From the NCBI GenBank assembly GCA_026025075.1, contig JAPEUI010000008.1, forward strand, positions 62,001-126,000: a DNA stretch of 64,000 bases, read 5' to 3'. The position numbers and the translations under genes were made by a program. The DNA is from Vezdaea acicularis (lineage: Eukaryota). Below are positions 11,735 through 24,180 of this stretch, piece after piece; the stretch's first letter is position 1; every line of letters starts with the position of its first letter. The notes below the pieces were generated by a model, which saw only the letters and a list, made by a program, of their open reading frames with translations, made no database searches and was not told the DNA's origin.

Positions 11735-14700
11735 ATGAACGGTTTTCTAGATAGTAGCGGCGGTACCCCCAGCAATCTACAACAACACGCATTTCCAACA
11801 CCAAGTACCTCTCCCTCTGCATTCAACTCCGACACAAGCCACACTCATGCATTTCACAACACGAGTATGCAACGACATGGTACTGCCTCACCCCCACCTT
11901 TCATTGGTACCTCACCACCGGCTCCAATACGAACACTCGGATTCCCGAGTGAGCCGCGAAGTATTTCTCTTCCCATTTCTAATTCTTCGTTATCTTCCGC
12001 TCAATCTTATTACACGAAAGGCCGGAACACATCCACGAAATCCTCGAGTGTCACCGCCGAGATGCCACCCAAGCGACCTGCAGCGTTCGATCCACGTCTA
12101 CTGCTGAATCCGAAAGCCGCGAAGAAGCGCGTTCGGGAGGAGGATACAGAAGGAAGCCATGCCCATCCATCAAGTAATAAGCACTCAGAAATCAATGCTG
12201 GCACGAATGGAACCTCAAATACTAGCAACACTCACGCGGCAGACTTCGGCATGGCTAGCCGCATGGAGAAGCTTCACGGCGTCATCGACCGAGAGCATCA
12301 TCCTCGGAAGCGGCAGAAGCAGACTTTCGAAAGTGAAGACCCAGAGCAAAAGAAGTCCGTCTTTTCTGGGGGGAGTAAAGGAGGAATCATCGGTCAACAT
12401 ATCAAGGATCTACAGGAAGAGGGTAGAAAGGAGGCTGCCAAGGTCAGCAGTTCTGTAGTTGACCTCACTGCCGGTAAGTCCCCGCATTGCTCAGTATGAC
12501 GCTCTAGTTTCTCATTCTCCACGCAGGTGATGATGATGACGAGGTTATCATCGTCAAGGATAACAGCGACAGGGAGGTGTGTTACGGTATGATCAGCGGC
12601 AAAGTACAGGCGCATATTTGTCCAGCGCCAAAGCTGTCCGCCAGATCCTTAGACCCCAACTTCTGGCCCCAAGTCGACCTAGAGCTTCGTCGAAGGCCTG
12701 GTGTCAACACGCTCATCATATCTGCTCTTGATTCTCGAGGAACTGATTTCGGGTCCGTCGACGTGAACACTTCTCGAGGCCTAGCTCCTATTCTTGACAG
12801 GAACTTTGGTGTTAGACTACAGGCGTGGATGCCATTCCGCAGGAGACGAGAGGGCGAGGTCATCGGTTCGCAGATCTCGACGTTTTTTGATCTTAGATTC
12901 AACATGTACGGCCCACGGTCACTAGCGAAAGACATTGGGAGGTTTCTAGGGCAGAAGAATATATGGCTCGCCCCTCCAATCATGACTCCACCAGGCACTG
13001 AAATCCTCAACCCACATTATGGAAAGAAGCCTCCGGTTCCGCCTCGATCTGTACTACCTGGTTATGCAAATGGCTCGTCATCCTACACAACCCGAACTAC
13101 TGAGGAAATACGTAACGACGTTCAAGGCATGTTCGACTCGCTACAGACCTCGGAAAAGCTTCCGGAGGTAGAGGCAGATCCACGCATCATCACTCCTCTT
13201 CTCAGTCACCAAAAGCAAGGCCTGTACTTCATGGGAAAGAAAGAAACTGAGAGTATCTTAGGTGACGACGACAATAGTAGTACGTTGTGGAAGACTAAGG
13301 TTACGACTAATGGCCGTAAAGTCTACTATAACGTCATTACAAGTAAAGAGGAACGTTCGAAGCCCCCGGAAGTTCGTGGTGGCATTCTCGCGGATATGAT
13401 GGGTCTTGGGAAAACGCTCAGCATCTTGTCTCTGATAGTGGGCTCGCTTGGTGAGGCGGAGGCCTGGTCGAAGAAGAAACCCTCTCAACACCCGGAAAGG
13501 CGTCCTTTGCTTCTACTAAACTCAAAATGCACGTTATTGGTTGCACCCCTAAGCACACTTGCGAATTGGGAGGAACAGATAAAGGCCCACATCTTGCCCG
13601 ATACACTCTCCGTATACGTCTATCACGGATCCAATCGGACTCGAAATGCCAAAGCACTTGCGGAGTACGATATTGTTCTAACAACCTACAATATTGTTGG
13701 CTCTGAATGGCAGAAGTTGACCAAATATGGTACTCACAGCCCACTTGAGCAAACCAACTGGTTCCGGATCGTCTTGGATGAGGCACACATGATCCGAGAA
13801 CAGAGCACACGGTCGTCACAGGCAATCTGTACACTTGAAGCGAATCGGCGATGGTCTGTTACTGGAACGCCGGTACAAAACCGTCTTGAAGATCTGGGTG
13901 CCCAAATGAAGTTTTTGAGGATCACGCCATTTAATGAAAAGGTCGGATTTACTCAACACATCCTCTCTCCTTTCAAGAACGCGGACCCAGGAATCCTAAT
14001 GAGACTTCGTCTGCTGGTGGACAGCTTCACCCTCAGGCGATTAAAAGACAGAATTGACTTGCCGAAGAGATTGGACCAGATCGTTCGACTTGGTTTCAGC
14101 GACAAGGAGAGGGAAATTTACGACTGGTTTGCCAAGGACTCTGAGAACAGGATGCGGATTGTTGCTGGCGAGAAGAAGAAGAGCCTCGGTGGCAAGTCAT
14201 ATGTTCACGTTCTCCGTGCTATCCTACGATTGAGGCTTATCTGTGCCCACGGTCAAGATTTACTGGGTGAAGACGACTTGAAGCTGCTTAACGGATTCTG
14301 CAAGAGCAACGCCATTGACCTCGAAGAAGAAGCCGACAGCAGACCAGCTTTAGGGCAGAAGCAAGTGTTTGACATGTTCAACCTCATGAAAGAGACGGAC
14401 GCCGACAAATGCGCTTCCTGTGATCGTGCCATTGGTCCCTCTGAAGCCTTCGCCGAGGAAGCCGCTGATGGTAAAGATGAAACTAAAGATGAGACAATAG
14501 GCTACATGACGCCTTGCTACCATCTTCTCTGCAGGGACTGCATCAAAGGTTACGAGGCGCAGCTTGGTCTCTCTGCGCAGGACACTCACGCCACATGTCC
14601 TCTCTGTGATAGCCTTATTCGAAACGCCATCTTTGAGATTACACAGAAGATGGTCGATGAGGATGAGAAAGCAAGGGAACTAGCCAGAATCAACCCGAAG

Positions 14701-15330
14701 CTGCACAAGAAGGTGGTCAATTACACCGGGCCGCATACGAAAACCAAAGCATTGGTGGAATGCTTGAGAGAGTCAAGAGATGAAAGTATGCTGCTTTATA
14801 AAGAACCGCCCATCAAGAGGTAAGAAATTTTACTCATGTTGGAAGTGAATATTCGTGCTAACTTACGTAGCGTTGTCTTTTCCGGTTGGACCTCCCATCT
14901 CGATCTCATCCAGATCGCACTAGACAATGAAAAGATCCCATGGGTGCGTCTTGACGGCACCATGACTCGCGCTGCGCGCAACAGCGCTCTCGATCAGTTC
15001 CGTACCAATCCGGACGTTTGCGTCATCCTCATATCGATTGCTGCAGGCGGCCTAGGCCTGAATCTTACCACAGCTAATAAAGTCTATGTCATGGAGCCAC
15101 AATTTAACCCTGCCGCAGAGGCTCAGGCTATCGACCGAGTACACCGACTCGGACAGAAGCGAGAAGTCACCACCACCCGCTTCATCATGGATGGCAGTTT
15201 CGAGGAAAAGATGCTGGAGCTCCAGCGCAAGAAGCAGAACCTTGCGGACCTCAGCATGTCGAAGGGGAAGTTGGACAAAGATGAAGCGGCGAAGAAGAAG
15301 CTTGAAGAGCTGCGGAGTCTCTTCAAGTGA
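11735..15330 (+). CDS. SNF2-family helicase/ATPase with HIRAN-like N-domain and RING finger (Rad5/HLTF-like group)
   Basis: GGILADMMGLGKT, IVLDEAH, TGTPVQN, a C3HC4-like RING (CASC...PCYHLLCRDC...CPLC) and QAIDRVHRLGQ. Introns about 12474-12526 and 14820-14870. Confidence 0.92.
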
Positions 15331-16238
15331 TCGAACGTGTTCTCTACCCACTCTGTACATCTCACGAACCATACTACGTAAGTGCTTGCGAGGTGTGGAG
15401 ATGTGCGTGCCCCTACGCACCCGAAATGATCTTACTTATCTTAGAACAATGTTTCTCTTCTCTGCCCATATCATCATTGCCCCCTCCTCGCATTCATATC
15501 TGCGCTTCAAAAGCAGCAATCGGCGTTTTATACCTCCTCCTAAATTTACTGGCGTTGGTGGGCATCACCCCGTTATCATCGATCCCCTCATTCCAGCGGC
15601 ATCTGGGCACTATTGCATGGGACGGGCTTTTTCCAAGGGGCGGCTGGGCTGGGGCTGGCAGGGGACGAACTGGACCCTTTTTAAAGCTTTGAGATCACAA
15701 TGGCATATTGCTTTAGCACCATTCTGCGCATAGCGAATAGGCGGATGAAATCATATCAATTAGACCGAATTGAAGAATGCACTGGAATTTGACTTTTACG
15801 CCGTTCATTGTAGTCCCCCTTTGCGAGTAGGAAGGGAGGTGTGAATATAAAGTTATGTGCGCTTTGAAAAGTCGATGATTGAATCAAGACGTTTGGCTTT
15901 GGGATAACTTTGGGATGGTTTCTTAGCCGCTGAAGCTTTCGTTCCTCGTTCTACCCGCCAACGCGATCTTCATTTGTCGATCTCAGGAGAAGTCGTCGAG
16001 CGGTCTCGAACAAATCGCTTAGCAGAGCTCTGATGGTGGCGGTGCACCCCACCATAGTGGCTTCGAGTGCCTTGGAAGACGCCCATGCATTACGACGACT
16101 TGCTCGCCTCGTACATAACCACTTGACCTCCCACAACGCACCCATTCACCTCCCCAAGCACGTTCATTTGACCCTTCACGAAGCCGTCTTGTAAAAGCAA
16201 TCCCATCACCCGGTCGTCGCACCTCGTCGACCTTTTCA

Positions 16239-17405
16239 ATGCCTGCTGCCCCTCTGGCCAAAGGTACGTCCGCGTCCTACAACCTCGCCACCTCCCCTGC
16301 CAAGGAGCTCATAAGACCAATCTACTTTCCCCCTTATCAATATGAAGATGTACTGCTAGCTAATACCAGTTTCGCAGGCCTCATCGTCACTGCCTCCATC
16401 CTCATCGCTGCCGGCATCGCCGTCTACGAAAACCCCCAGATCCAAGAATGGATTGAATCGCAACGCCGGCGGATCGCTCAAGCCTTCTACGCCGACCCCG
16501 CCAACAACCCACAAACCGGGCCCTCCAACCCTTCTAACCCCTCCACCGAAAAGACACCCGATGGCCCTACCTTCCAGCGGCAGCAGCACCATCACCGTTC
16601 CAGCCCCTCCTTCGACGACTACGTCACCAACGAAGGGACCCTACGCAGCGGCGTCGAGCTACCCAACCAACTCGGCGGCATCCCGCGCCAGCGCCACGCC
16701 GACCCCGAGAAAAGCGGCGGCAGCAACCCCGTCTTCTTCGAACAACCGGATTTAGCCGCCGACGAGGCCTTCGCGCGCGCCCTGCAGGCAGAGGAAGATG
16801 CGCTCGCCGGCCAGCCGCTCGGCGCTGAGATGATCACAGGCGACACGAGCGATATCACCGGAATAACCACCCCGCGCGCCACCTCGCCAATATTAACCCC
16901 GACCAGCTCGCCCGGAACCCTCCCCATCTCCCCTTCGTCCCCGCTTGCAGAGCACGGCGGAAGAGGAGAGGACGACGCATTCTTCAGCGCGACCGCCTTT
17001 GCATCCCCGCCTTCCTCCTCCACCAACCCCTCTCCAACAGCACAATCCCGCTCCCTCTCCAGCTCCACCTTTCCCATCCTCGCCCCCTCCCCGCAACATC
17101 CCCAGCACCAGCACCAGTTAGAACTCACGCACAACCCCTTTCTCGACGCTCACGCTCACGCCGATGCTGCAAGCGAGGCTGACAGCGAGCGCTGGAGTAC
17201 CCGCGAAAGCGACGCCGGCAGCGACTGGCGCGATACGGATGAAGACGCGGATGCCCTCTTCAGCGACGTCGGCGCTGATCTGAGGAGTGATGATGCGAGG
17301 GCGGATGAGGTCAGGAGTATTGTTAGTGGCAGGAGCACGCCGGGGAGCTGGTGGTCCGAGGTGGGCAGTGTGGTTAGTGAGGAGGAGGTGGGGGGACGGC
17401 GGTGA
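16239..17405 (+). CDS. Hypothetical protein with N-terminal membrane anchor and a low-complexity Ser/Pro/acidic body
   Basis: Intron 16264-16377 gives MPAAPLAKG-LIVTASILIAAGIAVYENPQIQEW. Contains a UIM-like DEAFARALQAEE. Long ORF with coding-like codon bias. Confidence 0.75.
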   Translation: MPAAPLAKGTSASYNLATSPAKELIRPIYFPPYQYEDVLLANTSFAGLIVTASILIAAGIAVYENPQIQEWIESQRRRIAQAFYADPANNPQTGPSNPSNPSTEKTPDGPTFQRQQHHHRSSPSFDDYVTNEGTLRSGVELPNQLGGIPRQRHADPEKSGGSNPVFFEQPDLAADEAFARALQAEEDALAGQPLGAEMITGDTSDITGITTPRATSPILTPTSSPGTLPISPSSPLAEHGGRGEDDAFFSATAFASPPSSSTNPSPTAQSRSLSSSTFPILAPSPQHPQHQHQLELTHNPFLDAHAHADAASEADSERWSTRESDAGSDWRDTDEDADALFSDVGADLRSDDARADEVRSIVSGRSTPGSWWSEVGSVVSEEEVGGRR

Positions 17406-17763
17406 GTTCGGGTTTTGGGGGGTGGGGGTGATGTGTTTCTATGTTTCAGGGGAGGGGATGGGTATGGTGATGACTGGGTACTAGGGCAAGGGGAGGCGGG
17501 GAGGAGTGCGTTGGACACGGGATCTGGTGCAGCAAGAAAGGGAGTTTCGGCTGAGCCGACTTGGAATAAGGAGGGAATAGAGAATAAAACATTGTCATAA
17601 AGTAATCTTCTCCCTCGCACCCATCCGTGATTCCGAACAAAAAGCTCGCTAGCTATATACAAACATCATCCGCACCTTCCCTCCGCCCAAAAATAAGAAA
17701 GAGAAAAAAAGAGGAGTGATTGAGATTGAGTTCCTACAACCAAACCCAAAGAAACCAGGCCAG

Positions 17764-20016
17764 TCACGTAAAGATCTTGCCATCGCCCTCAACGCGGTCC
17801 CCGAACATGCCCTGCTGCACCACATCGTCGTAGACGGGCATCTCCTTACACGCTCTAACGGTACTCTGGCACTCATTCAAGATGCGGCGGAGGGTTGGGC
17901 CGCGACTGAGTTCGAGGAGGGTGCGAGCGAGGGCGGCGAGGGCGCGGTAGGTGGGGAAGAGATCGGTGGCGCCGGTGGCGGGGCGGGGGGCGCCGACGAT
18001 TTTCTTGAGGCGGCGGGACTTGGATTTGATGGCGCGCCAGCCGCGCCAGGAGGGCATGAGGACTTCCTCGCAGGTCTGGAAGGCGAGGAGGACGGTCTCC
18101 GGGGTGGAGGACTCGGAGCGCGCGAGCAGGCGGATGTAGACGTTCCAGTTGCGGTTGGTGAGGGCGAAGCCTTGGGCGCGGAGGGAGGTGATGAGCGTGG
18201 TTAGTTCGTGGAGGCGGGAGCGGGAGGAGAGGTGGTCCATGTAGTGCAGGAGGGGGATGGCGAGGGTGAAGCGCTGGGCGGGGAGGACGAGGGGGGGGTC
18301 GGTTGGTTTGGAGGGGTCGAGCGTGGTTGGTCTGGCGCGCTCGGAGGCGATGCGGTAGATTCGGCGCCAGCACTCCTCGACTGCTTCGTCGTCGTTTCCT
18401 CGTTTGTGGGCGATGAGGAGGGCGTTGAGGAGTTTGATGAAGTTGAGGTCGACAGCTTGGGTGTGTTCGGAGGTTATGGCGCAGTAGCGCTTGTAGAGAG
18501 CGTCGACGCGATCAAAGCGTCGGGCGTGGCCATATTCAAAGATTAGGAAGTCGAAGTAGGAACTCTGTCTGCCCATAAAGCCAGATTTGGAGGTCATGTG
18601 AAGCATGTCTTCGAGGAAGGCATCGTCCTCGGCAAGAAGTTTGGGGCCCTTGGAGTGGCGATGTCGTCGTTTGGCTCGGTACCTAGCTTTGATAAGGTAG
18701 GCGCGGATCTGAGGGGTGATGTGAATCCCTTTCTGAACCATGTCCCGGTATAAATCAAGAACAAGATGGACGTATTTGGTATTGATGTAACCTCCCATCA
18801 GAACACCATAGTGGTATGCTGAGGGTTGAATGCCACTCTTGACCATGACATGCTTCAAGATTCTGTGAGCCGAGATAGTATGGCCAATGAAGACGAGTGA
18901 CTGCATCAAGGTTGCGTATGTCATGGTGTCGAAGGGTATGCCGGCCTCTTGCATGCTATGATAGACTCGCTGGACAGATATAGGGTCCTTCCGCCAGCTA
19001 TAACCAGTTAATATATAATTCCACATTCGGGTGCGTAGCTCTGGAGCGTCGCCGCTCCGCATCGCTGTCTTCCCTACACAAGCCCGCGCAACATCCTCAG
19101 CGCGTTCAAGCTCGTCGGTAGCAACATGAGCCGATACCAGACAGTTCACCATCGGTATATCTGGCGGGATGCCTTCCATGTCTGCGAGACGGAATAGCTC
19201 TTCTATAAAGCTCGTATCCCCTCTCTTAGCGAAGCCAGCCATGAGCGTGCCGAATGTATGTGCCGTCGGCTTATGACCGCTCTGTTTCGATTCTTCGAAC
19301 CTTTTGAGAGCACCGTCTAGGTCTTCGACCCGAACGTAAGCGTTTATCAAAGAGTTCCAGCAAGCAATGTCAGGCGTCAAGCCATACTTTGCTGAGATCT
19401 GGTCAAACGCGTCAATCGCGTTCTCTAATTCGCCACGTCTAGCGTAGACATGTATAAGCTGCGATAGGTCTTGGCAGTCCTTTGGAGGGCCATACTGTTC
19501 GAACATGTACTCTAACAGCTTTTCAACTTTAGGAGCGTCACCAACAGAGGCAGATCCTCGAAGGAGTCGCCGGACATTTCGATGGCGGTCGTCAAGACCA
19601 ATAGAATCGTCGAACTCTGTCGCTGTCGCTGCCGTAGGAGTGGCATGGGCCGCAGTTGCGAAGGACCTGGTATCCACTCTTACGTGATCTCTCCCATCTT
19701 TCTCATGTTTTAGTCTTCGAAGCCCAATTCTCGAGTACTTCCTGATCAAGGCAACCGCCCCTGAAGGGTAGAGGAAGTCTAAGAATGCCCCTTCAGTCGG
19801 ATCCAGCGAAGCTTGCCTCGATCCTCTAGCCAAATTTGCCAAATCAACCCGAGCCCCGTTCTGTATGACATTCCACCATGATGGAAGGTCCAGCTGGCCT
19901 GCGCCGTGATCCCAGAAGGCTGAATGTAGCATCCTCCGATTGCGTGTCCTTTGAGTCGGTCTCAGCAGGCGTTGCAAGCCTCCAGGTTTGAGACATTCCG
20001 CCGCTCTCTCAAGCAT
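17764..20016 (-). CDS. Mitochondrial pentatricopeptide-repeat protein, Cya5/Pet309-like (COX1 mRNA translation)
   Basis: N-terminus MLERAAECL...RRMLHSAFWDHGA and FLDFLYP, followed by tandem 35-aa PPR motifs (PDIACWNSLINAY, PTAHTFGTLMAGF, FDTMTYATLMQSL, PSAYHYGVLMGGY). Confidence 0.82.
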   Translation of the reverse strand: MLERAAECLKPGGLQRLLRPTQRTRNRRMLHSAFWDHGAGQLDLPSWWNVIQNGARVDLANLARGSRQASLDPTEGAFLDFLYPSGAVALIRKYSRIGLRRLKHEKDGRDHVRVDTRSFATAAHATPTAATATEFDDSIGLDDRHRNVRRLLRGSASVGDAPKVEKLLEYMFEQYGPPKDCQDLSQLIHVYARRGELENAIDAFDQISAKYGLTPDIACWNSLINAYVRVEDLDGALKRFEESKQSGHKPTAHTFGTLMAGFAKRGDTSFIEELFRLADMEGIPPDIPMVNCLVSAHVATDELERAEDVARACVGKTAMRSGDAPELRTRMWNYILTGYSWRKDPISVQRVYHSMQEAGIPFDTMTYATLMQSLVFIGHTISAHRILKHVMVKSGIQPSAYHYGVLMGGYINTKYVHLVLDLYRDMVQKGIHITPQIRAYLIKARYRAKRRHRHSKGPKLLAEDDAFLEDMLHMTSKSGFMGRQSSYFDFLIFEYGHARRFDRVDALYKRYCAITSEHTQAVDLNFIKLLNALLIAHKRGNDDEAVEECWRRIYRIASERARPTTLDPSKPTDPPLVLPAQRFTLAIPLLHYMDHLSSRSRLHELTTLITSLRAQGFALTNRNWNVYIRLLARSESSTPETVLLAFQTCEEVLMPSWRGWRAIKSKSRRLKKIVGAPRPATGATDLFPTYRALAALARTLLELSRGPTLRRILNECQSTVRACKEMPVYDDVVQQGMFGDRVEGDGKIFT

Positions 20017-20481
20017 TCCCTAGCTCGAGGAGCAGCGCCCTTGATTGTGGGTTGTAGATGAGTTCTCCCTATACATGAGAGTGTAGTACGTATTGGTGTT
20101 ACGATATGGCTTTCCGAAAGAACCATAATACATATGCGGAAGTCAAACCTCGAGATCAAAGCTTGCGAACTCCACTCTCACGGAGTAAGCTTCTGACAAG
20201 CATGCCAGGTCAGTAATGCGCTCGAGAGCGTAAAATTGAGGCCCCGATGAAGAAGAGTGGCAGTGGATCCGTAAGTTCGCTCGACAAGGAGGTATGCTAG
20301 ACTTTTGGCGGATTTTTGAGTCCATCCCATCATCACCATGGAGGCTAGCTTATTTGCCGAACACGCGAACTGTGGCGTCACCAGCCACACTCAACTTTGA
20401 TCCATGGTGCCCCACCATCGTCAAGGAACATCTTTGAGCTCGAAGATGGACGATTCGACGGAGCTGCGAGTCGCTGCAAAG

Positions 20482-22504
20482 ATGGAAATTACCTCTTTTG
20501 TGGCGTCGAGGAGGAACAACGCACTCCTCGTGGGAGACCACAATGCATATCGAACGCAGCTGTCACGCCGGATTCGCACCGTTCGAAAGAAATTGGGTCG
20601 TGCGACACAAAAGGGAAAGAAGTTCGCAACCAAATCTGCCGTCACTGCGGAAGAGATAAGTAGCAATGTTGAGTAAGGCGTGACCCTAGGGAACTTTTAT
20701 CCAGTATATAGAGCTCATGATCTCTAGATTTGTGCACCTTATTCTTCTCACCTCAGAGCGTGCATGGGCCCATGCCATGCATATGAGAGCGAGCCATTCT
20801 GCCGACAATTCAACCACAGGAATTTCAGGGTCGACACGGAAACACGTTATTTCACGTTTGCACAAAGCCGAATTGACGGCAGGAGAGCTGGTCAAGGTAT
20901 TGAGCGATCAATCTGTTTCAGGGGCCACAAATATCGACTTGCTCGAAGCTCGAGCATATGCGTCGTCACTCGGCGGCGCTGTAGAGTTCGAGAGGCGGCG
21001 CTGGGACCAGTGCTTGACGGCCTATTCAATACCCCACATAATATACCAAGCCTTGGGTGTGGATACCAAGAAAGATGTCTTCAAAGAGTTCCAGGCATCT
21101 GCAATTGACCCCAATATCCGTTACGCTGCATATATGCGCCGTATGCCTCGAACCCTTGCGATACCAACAATTGCACGAAAGTACTTCCCTGCCGACGAAA
21201 CAAAGCTCAAAAGTGAAATCGAGGAGCTAGATCCTTCTGCTCTAGCAGAAGAATCGTCGAGATCCACAAAAGACTCTGGCCCCTCAGGGGGCCAGCCTCG
21301 TACTATAACGTGGAGAAGCAGGACCGTCAGTATCGAGGACACCTCAATATCTTCCGATTTGGCAGCTGTAGAGGAGGCTTCCGCTAAGCTAAAGGCTTTC
21401 TTAGAGTCGTCCGAGGCCAAATCGATGCCACCAAAAGAGAAGGCTGCCGCATACGATGATGTACTAATAGCTATCCAAGATGCAGCAGATGATACTAAAC
21501 ACGCGATCGATGAACTCGTTGCAGAGGGAGTCGGCCAGGGAGATAAACGAATGCAGGCATTACAAGTAACTAAAACAGCAGTGAACTACGCGCTGGTGGG
21601 CTGGCGAGTCGGTCGAAATAGGGTGCTGGTCGGAGAAGGAGATGGCGCTATACCGCAAGATCCTGAGAAATTGCAATCCAAATCGAAGAGAAAGGGACAT
21701 GGGCAGAATGTCAAAGCAGAAGGGAACGGGCGGAAACTCGCAAAGTTGAGAGAGCAAGCCGTCTTATACGATGCAACGCTGCAGGTACGATCTAGTCCGC
21801 CGAACACTCTGACCAGTGCGCTGACGCTGACAATCCTCAAGAGCCTAGATTCGGTAAAAGAATTGCCTGGTGTCGCAGCGGACGAGCCCTTCCTCAGAGA
21901 ACTCGAAGGAACTCGCTCATACTTCCAGGCCCTCAAGTACGTCACCCCACCCAAAGCGCTCTTTCACCGCATAATGCTAAGTACGTGAAGATGCTTTATC
22001 CTAGCCCGCTCGCACACCATCCTGAACCACCTCCCCAACGCACTCTCCCTCCTATATCGCGCTCTCTCTCTAGTAACCCACGCCCAAGACCTCCTCCCTG
22101 AATTGCCACACACGGACTTCCCCCTCCAACTCGCCATCTCCTCCGCCGCCTTCTCCAACCTGCACGCCCTCCTCACCAGCCAAGTATCCACCCACCGCGC
22201 CCTCGTCCAGATCCAGAAACTCGGCTCTAGTCCTATTAAATCCACCACCACATCAAAGACGTTAATCAGCAACCTGCACGACTTCCCGGCCCATCCCGTC
22301 GATCTGGCGAATCTGGTCACGTATCCGCCTAGGCTCGAGCCGGTCCCCGTGAAGCCCCTGTTCCTTGATGTGGCTTGGAATTATATACAATACCCCGGCC
22401 ACGCCGTGACTGGTGTTGTCGAGAACGGTGCTGGGAATGTGGAGGTCAAGGAGAGTGCGGATAAGCAGACGAAGAAGGGGGGGTGGTTCGGGTTTGGACG
22501 GTGA
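20482..22504 (+). CDS. SRP68: Signal recognition particle subunit SRP68
   Basis: MEITSFVASRRNNALLVGDHNAYRTQLSRR, LLTSERAWAHAM, IDPNIRYAAY, PVPVKPLFLDVAWNYIQYP and a C-terminal KKGGWFGFGR. Three introns. Confidence 0.95.
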
Positions 22505-22675
22505 ATGGCGGTGTAGTGAGGGGGGTTTGGGGAGTCTTGGTGGTATGTATTGTCGGAATCATGCAGATAGGTTAAATCATATTGCTACAACACAACCACC
22601 GCTGTAAATCCTCCTAATTCCGCAGTCCAGATCGAAACCCCCTTCCACCCCCCAAACAATGTTTCCCCCCTCCGC

Positions 22676-23525
22676 TCACAAACCCCCCCTCTCCTTCCCA
22701 ACCCACTCATCCCACGCCCCCGGATACTCACTCACATGCTCATACCCGCCCTCCCTTGCTACCCCCACCGCCTTACGACTCCTAACCCCGCGCTTACAAT
22801 AGAACACCACTTCTTTATGCACATCTGGCTTCTCGAAGCCGAACCGCTCGGTGAAGGTCTCTGGGGAGAGGAGAAGGGCGTCGGGGGAGGAGGTTAGGGG
22901 GATGTTTATTGCGGTGGGGATTTGGCCGTGGACGAGTTCGGAGGGTTCGCGGACGTCTAGGAAAGGGGGGGGGCTTAGTTAGAAGGGGGAGATGAGGGGA
23001 GGGGGGAGGGGAGGGGGGAGAGGAGGAGAAGAGGAGGAGAAGAGGGGAAAGTACCGATTATGATGGTATTTGGGCGGGGATGGAGGGATAGGTGTTTTAT
23101 CTGTAGTAGGCGGGGTTTGGATCAGTTCTTGCTTTTTCATTTCCTGGCGCTCGTCGGTCTCCTACCCTAACGGGCGTGGGGGGAAGGGGTGGTTAAGTGA
23201 GGAGGGAAAGTACCTCGTCGAATGTGTATTTCTTCCATCCATCAACTCCTTCCTCCGCTTTCTCCGCCTTCTCCCCCACCTTTCCCTCTACTGCCTTAGC
23301 AGCAGCCGTAGTAGCATCAGGAGTCTGTGAATACCACCGCCTCCCTCCTCCGAGCACATACTCGGGTCTACGAAAGGGGCGCGACACGGTGAGGAGCTTC
23401 GTCGGGCGCGGGGAAGTGGTCGTGGTCAATGGAGCGATGCGTGTGGAAGGACGAGGATGGGCGGAGGATAGGATGCGGAGGGGAGGGAACTTGGGGAGTC
23501 CGGAGGAGAGCGTGCGGGATATCAT
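22676..23525 (-). CDS. Single-domain rhodanese / thiosulfate sulfurtransferase with mitochondrial presequence (Rdl-like)
   Basis: Spliced model (introns about 23213-23101 and 23054-22958) gives IIIDVREPSEL, GQIPTAINIP, ERFGFEKP, the active-site loop VVFYCKRGVRS and EYPGAWDEW. The N-terminus is Arg/Ser-rich. Confidence 0.9.
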
Positions 23526-23820
23526 TGTTGCTTAGATGCTGGAGGGGGGGGAAGATAGAGTGGAAAGGTGTGGAGGTGTAGTGTGGTGTGGTGGGGGTGG
23601 GATGATATGTGAGGAAGCCGTTTCGCGAACGCTTTCGAGATTCGATTGCTATTCGCCAATCCCCTTCAAGCTTCCCAGCTGGTCGAAACCGACGGGAAAA
23701 ACATATCCTCGATCTTACAATAAGCCAACTCGACCCAAGAACTGTAAATGGTGGGGTTTCGTAAATGATTGTTTTCAAATCCGAGACTGCTTTTCATAAA
23801 TCTTCGGAGGAGGGAACTGC

Positions 23821-23880
23821 TGAATTCCTGGATTTCTGCGTATTTCTGCGTATTTCTGAATTTCTGAATTTCTGCGTACA
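23821..23880. repeat. Short tandem array of ATTTCTG(CGT/A) units
   Basis: gatttctgcg tatttctgcg tatttctgaa tttctgaatt tctgcgta. Confidence 0.75.
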
Positions 23881-24123
23881 CGCTCAACCTTGCATAAATT
23901 CCCCAACTCCTCTACTTCCATTGAACCTGTGTCCATCCTTTCTCGGCCCGGACCAGCCCACACACCAGACCGGTGCCAAGGGATGTGCCAAAGAGGGATT
24001 CGAATGTCCTAGCGTGAGGGTTCGAGAGTTGTCAGATGTGTATACGTGCATACATATATACACATAACTTACACTGCAACGAGAGATGTAACGGATGTTT
24101 GAAGGGTATGAGTTTCATGGAAA

Positions 24124-24180
24124 CTAGATAGATCAGCTAGATCAGCTAGATGAGCTAGATGAATCAGCTACAGTAGCTAC
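24124..24180. repeat. Degenerate 9-mer tandem repeat (AGATCAGCT) downstream of JEN1
   Basis: agatcagctagatcagctagatgagctagatgaatcagcta. Confidence 0.7.

Noticed and set aside
23101..23213. Possible nested intron (stwintron) in rhodanese intron 1 (internal TTAAC...TAG GGTAGG)
   Set aside because: The branch-like motif is too near the donor, and removing the inner part does not regenerate a GT donor in the required phase.
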